This document shows positions 25,007 through 36,100 of a DNA stretch of 64,000 bases, piece after piece. Source of the DNA: Squalus acanthias. Its lineage: Eukaryota. Numbering within the stretch: the stretch's first letter is position 1; each line of letters begins with the position of its first letter. The stretch covers positions 97,030,001 to 97,094,000 of the forward strand of contig CM059433.1 of the NCBI GenBank assembly GCA_030390025.1. The letters run 5' to 3'. Under the pieces are notes generated by a model. That model saw only the letters and a program-made list of their open reading frames with translations, had not been told where the DNA came from and made no database searches. Position numbers and translations under genes: made by a program.

Positions 25007-27953
25007 GTAAAGACTTGGGAACACTTTTCATAAGGAACCCTTCTGATTGTATTGATAACCTGATGGCATGATTATCCCAAAATTAACGCCACTCACACCG
25101 AATTTATTTAACCATCATCGTATGAACAAGGAAATGACGATAAGAAGATTATTTGTCAATTATTTGTATAATATCATTCAGTATATATCATGTTGACAGG
25201 GATATCATTTCATTGCATTCTTTTCTATATATTGCTTTTATATGTAACAATGCTCATTGTACTAAAGACAGCTGAGAGAATTGGTGACTAAGATATCAAA
25301 ATTATACTACTTTCACGATTTTTTGGCATTTTCAAGCAGACCATTTATTTGAACTTGCAAGAGAAATTATAACATTAATTATGTAATTAAAGTAATATCG
25401 TACTTTGTGCATAAATAATAATACTAAATATTACAAATACATTTATCCCATGGCCGTAAGGGGTTTTAGCTAACCTTCATGAATAATTTATAATTGTATT
25501 CAAATTTTCATATGTAACAGCGTTTTCAATAAGTTAGTTACCACATAAGCGCGCGCGCACACACACACTTCCATATATCTATTTCTGTTTCTGCGCACAG
25601 CTATGATTTTTTGTTGTTAAGTACCTGTTACTTCTCACTCGTGATCTCCCTCTGTCTCTCTGTCTCTCTCTGCATCTACATCAGGGACAGACATATTTCC
25701 GATGTACATATTACATCAGGTGACCTGCATAGCACGTACATTCATGTCAGGAAAAGCATATTTAGTAGAATAATTATTATTCGTATGTGGACGATTATGT
25801 AGAGAGATCATATCCTTTCTCAACAAGTAATGCACGCCGTCGGATTTTACTTAAAGCTAAGCAGGCTATATTGATTGGAATGGATTTTATATTGTTTCTT
25901 AAACAATCACAGAGCCGATGATCTCGTGCAATCTTCAGAGTAGTATTGATTTTTTCTATTATATTGTTGAATGGTACGTAATAGGAAAATTGACATGATA
26001 GATAGATATGTAGGACGTCTATTTATTCGCCCTTTTCTGTTTACCACCGCTTCTGGCACACTCACCTATTTACCATTTGCCTATATATCTATAAAAATTA
26101 TTGTTCCTACACGGGTCAATGTAATGACTATTTAACTTTAGGGAGCTAAATAAACTCAGTTCTCCTAATTTTTTATTTCAAGAAGATGTAACAGAAATTG
26201 AAAAGTTGCACTTTATGAATATATATTTTATGGCAATACCCTCATTAAGGGTGTATCGTTAAAAAATCAGACAATAATTAGTTTGATCATTAGCAGTACA
26301 GTATCTGGTTGAATTCGTAAGTGCTAATGTTAATTTCATGTGCACAGTCTAAGCTATCGCCTGCAAAGTACTTTGTTTGAAAAGATTCAGTGCTGGAGGG
26401 GTGAGGCATTATCTACTTGAATCCCCCCAGAGCTTGGCTTTGTAGTGTTACCCAGCCTTCGCCTTTCTCTGAAACATCAGCATCAGGCGGGGAAGGTTGA
26501 TGACATGGAACTCCCTGCAGGGTGTTCTCAATAAACACACATACACACTCACAATAGCTATGTAGGGAATAGGTATTTTCTAGCTGGTTTATGCTGTTTA
26601 AACTGTGTTTTAAAAACATCTCTCTCTCTACGTATATATATACATATACAGAGAAAGAGAGAACTTACCAGTTTTCAGCAATCTAAATTGTTCTTATGAG
26701 GATTTAGCCTTTTAGCTGTTCCTGGTTGATCCACAATGTTTGCACAAGGCAGTATTCTTTAAAGTGCCGTGTGCTGTAGTAAAATAAATTGCCTATTGTA
26801 TTGCAGTTTATTGTCTCCAGTGGAAAGGACTTACACTGTATAATATTTAGTTAAATCTGGCAATGCTATCATATACACTAAAATGCTACTTTATGTTATT
26901 AAATGTTTATGAGAGACAGCACGTAATTTCCCAGTATTTTATATGGAGAATTTAGTACGGACTGTTAGATAACCGCTCCTTGTATAACACAATCACACCG
27001 ACAGATGGATAGGCGATCATCCCATATACAGTATATATATTCCATGACAGACAGATAAACAGATAGATGGATTATAATTATTCTTCTTGCTTCTGCATGA
27101 GTTCCATCAGACATTACTGATCTCATTCTAAAAGCTCACACTTCACTGTTGCAGTTCGTTATTTTGGCAAGTAACACTCAGTTGCTGCCTGTTAGAAACT
27201 CCTGGGGGGTCCCTCGTTTAATTACAATATTTATCTTTTCAACGATAAATGTTCCATAGTCAACCCCTTCATAACAGTCAACTGCTTTGCAATAAATGTG
27301 TTCCAACGGGCATTTTATTTAGATTGCCCACAGCAAAGACTTAAATCTCTCTCTACCCGAGGTAAATAACGAACTCCGTAACCGCTGATATAAATAAGCC
27401 AATCCATCATATAACTCTGTAACGTAAGCAACATTTATATTAGATTTAATATCTGAATATGCAAGTCAAAAGGTAACAACACAACCACCATTTTGCAAAA
27501 CAGCTAATTAATCCAAACGTTTAGTTTAGATTCTTACAAAGTTTATTTTGACAACATACACTCACAGTGGTTATAAGCCACTTTGTATCGATAACCAGCT
27601 GTGTGTGCAAGTTATGGGCTCTGTGTTTATATACTAAGTGGAAGCTAAATATTTAAATCTGGGAGTGGGCGGCTTCAAAATTGCCCCATTGCGTCTGTGC
27701 GGATGTTAGTACTCTCATCCCATTTTCTTACTCTTCCCCCGCACCCTATAGAAGCTTCAGGTTCTAAATATGCGTCCTCCTTTCAAAGTAAATCATGTAA
27801 CACTGCAACATTATAAATTGGAAACGTATCTATAGTGTAAAATGTTATGCCCAAATAACTATTTTTTTTCCTCACTACCCCTTCCACCGACAGGGGACAG
27901 GGCTACTTAGCATATTCACATGTGTTATTTATAATATCATCTCAATGTTACAT

Positions 27954-28383
27954 AGAAACATAGAATCTAGGAGCAGGAGTAGGCCATTCGGCCCGCCGAG
28001 CCTGCTCCGCCATTCAATACGATCATGGCTGATCATCCAAATCTAGTACCCTGTCCCTGCTTTTTTTAATCCCCACAGTACACATATCTCACCCTACCCC
28101 CGTAACCCCACGTATTTAATTCCCCCTAACATATCCCATCCTATCCCCATAACCCCACATATTTAATCCCCCCTAACACTAAGGGTCAATTTATCATAGC
28201 CAAATCAACCTAACCCACACATTTTTGGACTGTGGGAGGAAACCGGAGCACCCGGAGGAAACCCACGCAGACACGGGGAGAATGTGCAAACTCCACACAG
28301 ACAGTCACCCGAGGTCAGATTCGAACCCGGGTCTCTGGCGCTGTGAGGCACCAGTGCTAACCACTATGCCACCGTGTTGCCCT
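27954..28383 (-). mobile_element. Full-length tRNA-derived V-SINE (HE1-like) with internal duplication and a second CR1-derived tail
   Basis: A/B boxes, V-domain (gtgtggagtttgcacattctccccgtgtctgcgtgggtttcctcc), (tttctatg)n-type end; 8-bp TSD TGTTACAT at 27946-27953 and 28384-28391. Confidence 0.92.
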
Positions 28384-28798
28384 TGTTACATTTACTAGAT
28401 GTTAGAATAGACCTTATTGGGAGTCCAGTTTAGTTCTCAGCTTGGAGTATCTCCTGGATTCTCAAAGGAGGTCCTGCAGAGAGTGTTGGGAGCTGGTGCA
28501 GGGATAGTACACGAAGAGACACAGCCTACCCGAGAGGGACACTTAATGCTAATAGCCGGCAACGCGGAGTACAATGTGTACAAAATCTTTCGAAATGCAA
28601 ATGCTAAAAGAGCTGGTAGCTGCAGCATAAATATTGTTTTGGCCCCACTCTATTTCTTCTTTTGCTTCATTTATTTCCCCTCCCTTAGATAAATATGTTT
28701 GCAGATAATGGTATACATAGCTGAAAAGTTGCACACGCGAGCACACATGCCTCTATGTGAAAGCAATGAATTGAGGTGATTTTGGCTTTGTCTTGCAG

Positions 28799-28940
28799 GT
28801 GAAGCCGTGCATTTAGCCCGGGATTTTGGGTATATCTGTGAGACAGAATTCCCTGCCAAAGCTGCAGCCGACTACCTGAACAGACAGCACACAGACCCCA
28901 GCGAGCTGCACTCCAGAAAGAACATGATACTGGCCACAAA
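28799..28940 (+). CDS. tfap2b: AP-2 beta exon 6 (142 nt), helix-span-helix
   Basis: tcttgcag|GT GAA...ACA AA|gtgagt; [47 protein letters not shown] (not in the ORF track). Confidence 0.97.
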
Positions 28941-31696
28941 GTGAGTCATTCACATACTCCTACCTGTTTTTGAGGCCTGCAGGAACAATCACTAGCAGTT
29001 AATCTTGTAGCTGCTCAGCAATGATACGATGAATAGAATGCAATATTTTGAAATTAGGTGACACGTCTTGTATCGCATCTGCACAAAGCAGACTTTGCCT
29101 GATTTAAGGCTTCACACGCTGTGATTTAGGTCCTTTCAAACAATGCATCAACATGTAGTTACAGTAGACACAGACAAATGAGTGCATTACATAAACTGGC
29201 TGCTGATTTTCTGTCGTTTAAATAATTTCACTCAATATGAGTCCACAAAACCTTCATAAAAATGGTTTCCTTTATTCAAAAGAAAGCGAGTGAAAACCGA
29301 TAGTTACAATTAAATAATCAAAATACGTTTTAATTTAAGCGGAATTCTGGAGTTAAGAATTTAGTTTTCAGAAAACATTTAAATAAGAATGCCTCCACAC
29401 TTATAATGAGCTCAAGCAGTTTCAAACAGATCTGTCAAAGACAAAATAGCGTCTTAAAATGTACGACTGTAGTCTGCCTTTAATATTATGGAGAAGAAAA
29501 TCCCCCCAATTCCCACCAAAGATTTTTTAAGAAAAGGCTGAAAAATCATTTGCTCAAATTTGTCCAGATGTTCGCTAGACGTGATTTGAATTTAATTGTT
29601 TCTTTCCGCCGGGTCAGAAGATATCACAATCTCAGAAGTTTAATTGCTTGCAGGCGATTCTTTTTCTTTGAAGACTAGAAGCGCTTGGCTTCCCTGCCAT
29701 TAATCCTTCACGGTGGACGTTTCCTACTTTACATAGTAAAAAAATTACAAGGGCGATGAATGCAGGCGTTTAGAATGTTCCCATAGCAATTTCCTATGCG
29801 TCTCTATTATATGTGTGTTACCACACACGCGGAAAAAGAGATAGGCAGAAAAAAACAAGGTCAGTAGAGATTGAGGACGTAAAAGAAAAGCAAAAGTTGC
29901 ATTTTTTAAATATACTTCATTGAATATTTGTTGACATCAGATTTCCTGAATGCAAAAGTGGCCACGATTGTTCGGAATCTGATTGTCTCTGTAATTCTGG
30001 TCACGTGTACTTCGGTCAGCCGAAACTGACTTTTTCAAGAGCTACTCTTTGTATAGGAGTGCACCTTTGTTCCTCTAGTTGGGGATGGCAGTAAGTTCAA
30101 AGTAAGATGTACCAGGCTACACTTTGGAACCTTCATTAATTGAGGATCAAATATAAAGCCATGATTTGTTTGGCTCCATTTACAAAAGATTAGAGCCAAC
30201 TACACAACAATTCCAATTATTAATGATATTGATAATAATGATGACAGATATTTTTGGCTCCAAGTTCTTTAATCTCTTCTCTTCCTGCCTATTAATACAA
30301 TCTGATTTTCTATCAAACGCATCCTTTAGATATAGATATTCCATGGTTATTGAACAATATTCACATACATATTCCTGATTTTTTAAATCGAATAAGTCAT
30401 TACAATAAATATAATACACTGATTGTATTATTTCTCAGAAATCAAATGTTGATGATCATTCATTAAATCAGTGCATGCATCACAATCCTTCAGCATGGAT
30501 ATATCGAGCATCCAGGACGTAGAGTGCTTTGAACATCCATGTTCACAATAGCATCTGGTGTAGGGAAATTAAGTGGATCCGAAATGTCCTTATGAACTTC
30601 ATATATATATATATATATATAGTAATATTAAAAATAGATACCGTGGAAATGATTACACGGCTGTATTCTAATTTCAGGCTTGGCATGATGCTACTAAACC
30701 ATTTGGACTTCCTTCTCATAGTTTATATTATTTGAACCCCTTGATGAAATTACCGTCCTGTAATCACTCCCAGCTCTATATTCTCTGTGATCGTTGATAA
30801 GATTAGCTTAATATTTAACAAAGAAAACTTGATCTTTAGAGGAATACAGTGTTGCACTCTACACTGTATGTCAATGACATTGGCATGGATCCTCATTCAG
30901 AAGCAGAAGAAAATGGCCTAAATATAGATATAGGCACCATGCCCGTCATTCCGAAAACGACAATACTCGGTAAATTGTTAATCCAGCAACAGGATGCTAG
31001 GCGATGAACACTTTACATAGTATTACCTACTTCTCGATGTGCTGAGATTTAAATTTTGTTAATTGTTAAACCTTACAATTCAAATATTTTCTTTAAAATG
31101 CGTTTTGGTGAGATCGTGTGTTCATCAAGGTGATGGAGGCCAATGCTGGGAAATGGGACACATTTCCATTTCAACACTCAGTATGAATATTAATTATTTC
31201 CAGGTCAGGTGCAGCACCATTATGTTGCAATTATACAGTAGCTACCAGTCTGATACGGACGGCTGTGGTCTAGATTCCAGCCAGTTTGCACACTCTGTCT
31301 GGAACTGCAATGGTCCTACCCAGGAGAGTGAGATAGCACTGCGCATACATGGAATTTAAATATTTGAAGAGTACGAGCAGGAGCTAGCTCCTGCACTCTC
31401 TGGACATTTACATCCACTCCAGGTAGATTGGGAAAATATCCAAGAGGTCCATGGGACCCTTGAGCAGTTTTAAAATCAGGTTTAACACGCGCTAGAGTCA
31501 CACTGCGTGCAGTGTTAACTACAAGTGTTGTAAATGACCTCTTCCAGGGAGCTTTTACCAATTTTCTCCCTGTTAGCTCAGACTTATACTCTAATCTTTA
31601 GTACCACCGTCAAGCAGAAACTACTTCAGAGACAGACTGAAGTTCAATGGCAAATTCCCCCTTACAGGCAGAGTAACTCTCCTTTTGCCCCAATTC

Positions 31697-31872
31697 GGGG
31701 TGAATTTCCGCCGGGTGGGAAGGGGGTGGGGGTGGGGAAGTATCTCCACTCGTCCGCTGTCATTTCGCAGAAGAGACCCGCAAACCCCAGACACCGTTTT
31801 CCGGGGTTTCCTGGCTCTTTCGTGGACGTTTACCCCGGATGAGCGGTAGAACCACTGCTGAAATTCACCTCC
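31697..31872. mobile_element. MITE with GGGGTGAATTTC / GAAATTCACCTCC ends
   Basis: Terminal inverted repeats plus internal aaacccc/ggggttt symmetry. Confidence 0.6.
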
Positions 31873-31879
31873 TACGTCT

Positions 31880-32022
31880 CAGCCCAACCCCATCTCTCAC
31901 TTTGGAAAATTACGTTCTGACAGTCAACAGAGCAAACTTCCATCCTTCGGACTGGCTGGATTCAAACCGAGACACTGGAAGTAAAACACCCGCTTGCTGA
32001 TCCACTGTGCCACCCAATCCCT
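31880..32022 (-). mobile_element. Ancient tRNA-derived SINE head (LF-SINE-like)
   Basis: Reverse strand gggattgggtggcacagtggatc...ttttacttccagtgtctcggtttgaatccagcc with degenerate A/B boxes. Confidence 0.45.
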
Positions 32023-32842
32023 CATTATATATAATCTTCTTTCAAAAAAATAAATCCTTATTAAAAAACTACCAGAAACTAAACACGAACAAAGTTTAGA
32101 ACATACAGGATCTGTCTCTCCTTGCAACGAGTGGCCTGGAAATGAAAAACTCTTAAGACTGTTCAGTTTTTAGATGTGATCCACAAATGCAATGGCAGGT
32201 CTCTCCGATTTAACCCTTTAACTATTAACTCCCCTGGGGATTTCATTCCCTCTGCGGTTCTATTGCAAAATATTCTGTTTGAATTTATTTTCCATGTCTT
32301 CCTAGTGATATTCATTTTTAATGATTTCTGATTTAGCACATCTCTGAGGTGGACAAGATTTTTTTCAAGGACCAAAATATGCTGGTAACACTCACATGTG
32401 TTATTGGTTGAAAAATGACCCCAGTAAACGTGTAACCTAACCTTAACTCTTTCACCAGTATGAACTTGTGCTGCTTTTAACAGAATTCTTTCACAATGAG
32501 ATTAATCTATATTTAGGTTTGCACTGCTACATTCATTCTTTAGTAAATTAAAGAAAGACTCACATCCGTGGGTCATTGTGGGAATTGAGAACATATGAGA
32601 TTCCATTAAAAACATCCTGAATTATTTGACTATCGTAGTTCGATTATAAGCAAAAGGAAATGTTAAATAGAAATTCGTATAAATTGGAACTCAATGCCGT
32701 ACAGGCAGCTTTTCGGTAATCACGATGTGAGGGTTGAGGGGGTTAAACCAATTTCCATAGCAACCGGATAATGTGCCATTGCATACATCTGATTTGTGTT
32801 ATCTGACGGCAGCATTCTTTGTCTTATTTTCTTAACCCCCAG

Positions 32843-33140
32843 GCAACTTTGCAAAGAATTCACAGATCTGCTGGCACAGGATAGGACTCCTTTGGGGAAC
32901 ACCAGGCCCAACCCCATCCTAGACCCAGGCATCCAGAGCTGTTTGACTCACTTTAGCCTCATTACGCATGGTTTTGGCTCTCCTGCCATTTGTGCTGCTC
33001 TCACAGCTGTCCAGAACTACCTGACGGAAGCATTAAAGGGACTGGACAAGATGTTCTTAAACAACAACCCAAATAGACACACATCTGGAGGGGAGGCAGG
33101 CACCAAAACTGGAGACAAGGAGGAAAAGAACAGGAAATGA
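32843..33140 (+). CDS. tfap2b: AP-2 beta exon 7 coding part, to the TGA stop
   Basis: aacccccag|G CAA; [16 protein letters not shown]...[17 protein letters not shown]...GDKEEKNRK*. Confidence 0.97.
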
Positions 33141-36100
33141 GAAACATTCCTCCAAACTTTTTATTTTCTGTAGCTTTATATAAAAAAAATCTTCTATTGA
33201 CTTGGAAAGGACAACAACGCACACATAACGGAGCAACACTGGGTCAACTGTTTGCAACCAATATGGACCTGGATGCAAGGCATCAAGAGCTTTTTTCTTG
33301 GTATTTTTCCAATTTTGCAAACATTTTGACTTCCATTTTATGTCAGAATGGGAGGTGATTCCAAGATCCACTTGTGTGACTGCAAATTGATTTTTTTTAT
33401 ATTATTATCAAAACCCTTTGGTCCCACGTTCATTTCAGATCTGATTTCTGTGCACAGTTCTCCATGTTATGAGGATGGAAACATTCCAGCAAAAAAGAAA
33501 ATGACTATCAGGTAACATAAAAACTTAATAGTGTTTTCCCCATTTGGATGCATTAGCTTTAATATAGAGCCTATAAAGAGAGACTACCCAAGGTCTAATG
33601 GTTTGCACACAGATTTTGACATATGGTGACAATAATGAGATTTACCTGCTCATTTTAACTCCAACATAACCCTACAGTCTGCGGTATGACTGACCATAAC
33701 CTTCCACTCGACATGAATCTAAACGGAGCTCTAACTAGATAATTATTCACCCTCGATTGCAGTTGTCAGATCAAGTTCAAGGTGAACATCAGCACTGCAA
33801 AAATAACTGCGAAAAGCAGAATGAGTACAGACAAGAGAGCGAGTTCACTTCAAAGAGACAGACTGAAATCCAACAGAGATTAATGAGAAGGGAGCATCGC
33901 ATAATAGAAATGGGCAGTGTTCCCCCCTATGGCGTACTCTCTTTCATTTTTGGTACATTCCGACACATCACTAAATTTGACTGGTCTTCCTCTCAATAAT
34001 TGTTCTGCATTTGGAAGCATCTACTTAAATACTCAGTAAGACAGGTTGCTCCTCTTAAGAAGCCATTACCATTTTGTTCGATCTTGCTTTTGGTGATTTT
34101 TTTTAAAGACCTTTCCCCTATCCCTTCAAGGACTCTTACCATCGTGCAACCTCCCTCAGCTCAGAGGACGAGTGAGCAACATCTCCACCCAAAGGATTTT
34201 TGACCTCAGCTGATGGGCAGTTTGCTTATTATGAGTTTAGACAGAATTCGCCGGTAAACACAGTGAGACACTATACTAACGCAAGGCGTCCACCTAGTGA
34301 CCCGGTTGAGAACTGATGGCGTTTAATTGTAGATGCGAGATTTCAGCAGCAAGCAAGGCTACAGACTGAAAACCAGGCCCTAGGTCACGAAGAAAGCGTT
34401 TGGACTATTACACTACTAGGGCAGCCTGATATGATTAGTAAGGAAGAAAAATCACAGTTACTAAAATATTTGCTAGTCCGAAAAGAATCTGGTTTTAGAA
34501 TTGTGCCTTCCCTTAGAATATATTGCATAGACATATGACACGGTTATCTTTTTGCTTTTTTATACAAATCTTTAAGACTACATTCATCACCATTAGTCAG
34601 TCATTTGCAGTCATACATGTGTAACACTCTGTCATACTATTTCACTAAAATTGACAGCATGCACACTGAAAAAAGATGAGGGCCATGTTTAAAAGAGAGG
34701 ATTGATTCTTGCAGGCCAGTAGACACGGGCCTGTAAGCTATGCATTTAGAATAACATGCAAATTCTTGGAGCTGGTTTTACTGGAAGTCCTGGGGCTCTT
34801 TCACACTAAAGGAGTGGCGTTCTCCTAAAAATAACAACATTCCTGTTTCGTATACTGTGTTTCTGTTCTGTATTTCCCGGAAGGGACAGCAAACTCTGTC
34901 CTCGTAGCTGGAAGATATCTACCAGTTATGAATGTATAAACATTTCGAATTGCTCCCCATCTATTTTGTTTCAGTCAATGAAACCGCGCTGTACTCAAAT
35001 ATCCCGTCTGCATAAGATTTTGAAAGAAATGAAAAATAACGTTCCAAGGGGAGGGAGGGTGCGGCACACACTCCAAATTCCACACATGAAGAGTTAGTAA
35101 AGTAGCCGAGTGATAAACATTATAGGGAGCCCGATTGTTCCTCTTTAATCCCAGTTTGTAGTTCTGAGAATGGTAATATTCCAGCTGTCTGCACCTGGAC
35201 ACGTTTTTTTTCTTCGTAGCCAATTGCAGCAATTATCCATTTAGAAACTGAATGCATTATTGTAACATTCAACAATTTAGACCATATTAGTCTGTCGGAC
35301 AGCCATGTGGTCGATATAACTATTACAAACACCTCTAATCTTCATATTGTCAGCATATAATCAATACGCACACCATGAGTTTCTACTTACTACAATGTAC
35401 AGCCATTTTCTTCAGTCTTGTATCCAAGTGGTTGCCCATATGGCAATATTTCCTTATTACTTCTGCATATAGTTATATTACCTTACTAAATGAATCTTTT
35501 TTTAAGATAAACCACCGAGAAATTATACAGAATTCAAAGCTCCTTTGAATAAGAGCTTCCTTTTCACATGTTTTCCTTGATTTCTACTTCTTTGCCCCAG
35601 GCCATGCATTTCAATGGAAGAGTTACCACAAGCCGAACCTGTGCTGCTCCGTGAGTCCACAGGTGGTATGTGGCGGATGGAGTGTTTCTCCCTGTGGGGA
35701 CACAAAACAAACCCAACACCAGAACTGACTAAACCCATTAGACACATTAGCAGGAAAGTTGGAATGCTGGGAGAACACAGGTGTGAAAGGAATATTTGAC
35801 TGCCTGCTTTGTTACTCAAGACACTTAGAAAGAAGCTACTATCGGCAATACTGTCTTGACAAATACACACGGGTCTTGTTTATTTTGAACTTCTTTTCAC
35901 AAAAGAAATTGATATTCCCAGTTAAAGCTATTGCTGAATATAAATAAGATCAAGGGCCCTGGGATTCTGCAAGGGAAAGCAGTCTGTGGGCAAGAGTTGT
36001 TGCATTCTATGGATTTTTTTTTAGAATTCTCGGGTGATTAAAATGAAATCATTGGACAGGATTAATTTATGAAAGATATGTCTGCCGCCTGTTTTATTTT

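Larger units (their letters stand above)
122..33140 (+). other. tfap2b: tfap2b gene, coding span of exons 2-7 (exon 1 outside window)
   Basis: Six exons join in frame via GT-AG sites (450+61+217+119+142+298=1287 nt). The translation matches AP-2 beta-type segments ([47 protein letters not shown]). Confidence 0.96.

Noticed and set aside
25007-25071. Exon 5 read-through (GKDLGTLF...*) resembling the intron-5-retaining AP-2B isoform of TFAP2A
   Set aside because: Only ~21 codons, which is chance length; no recognisable similarity and the donor is normal.
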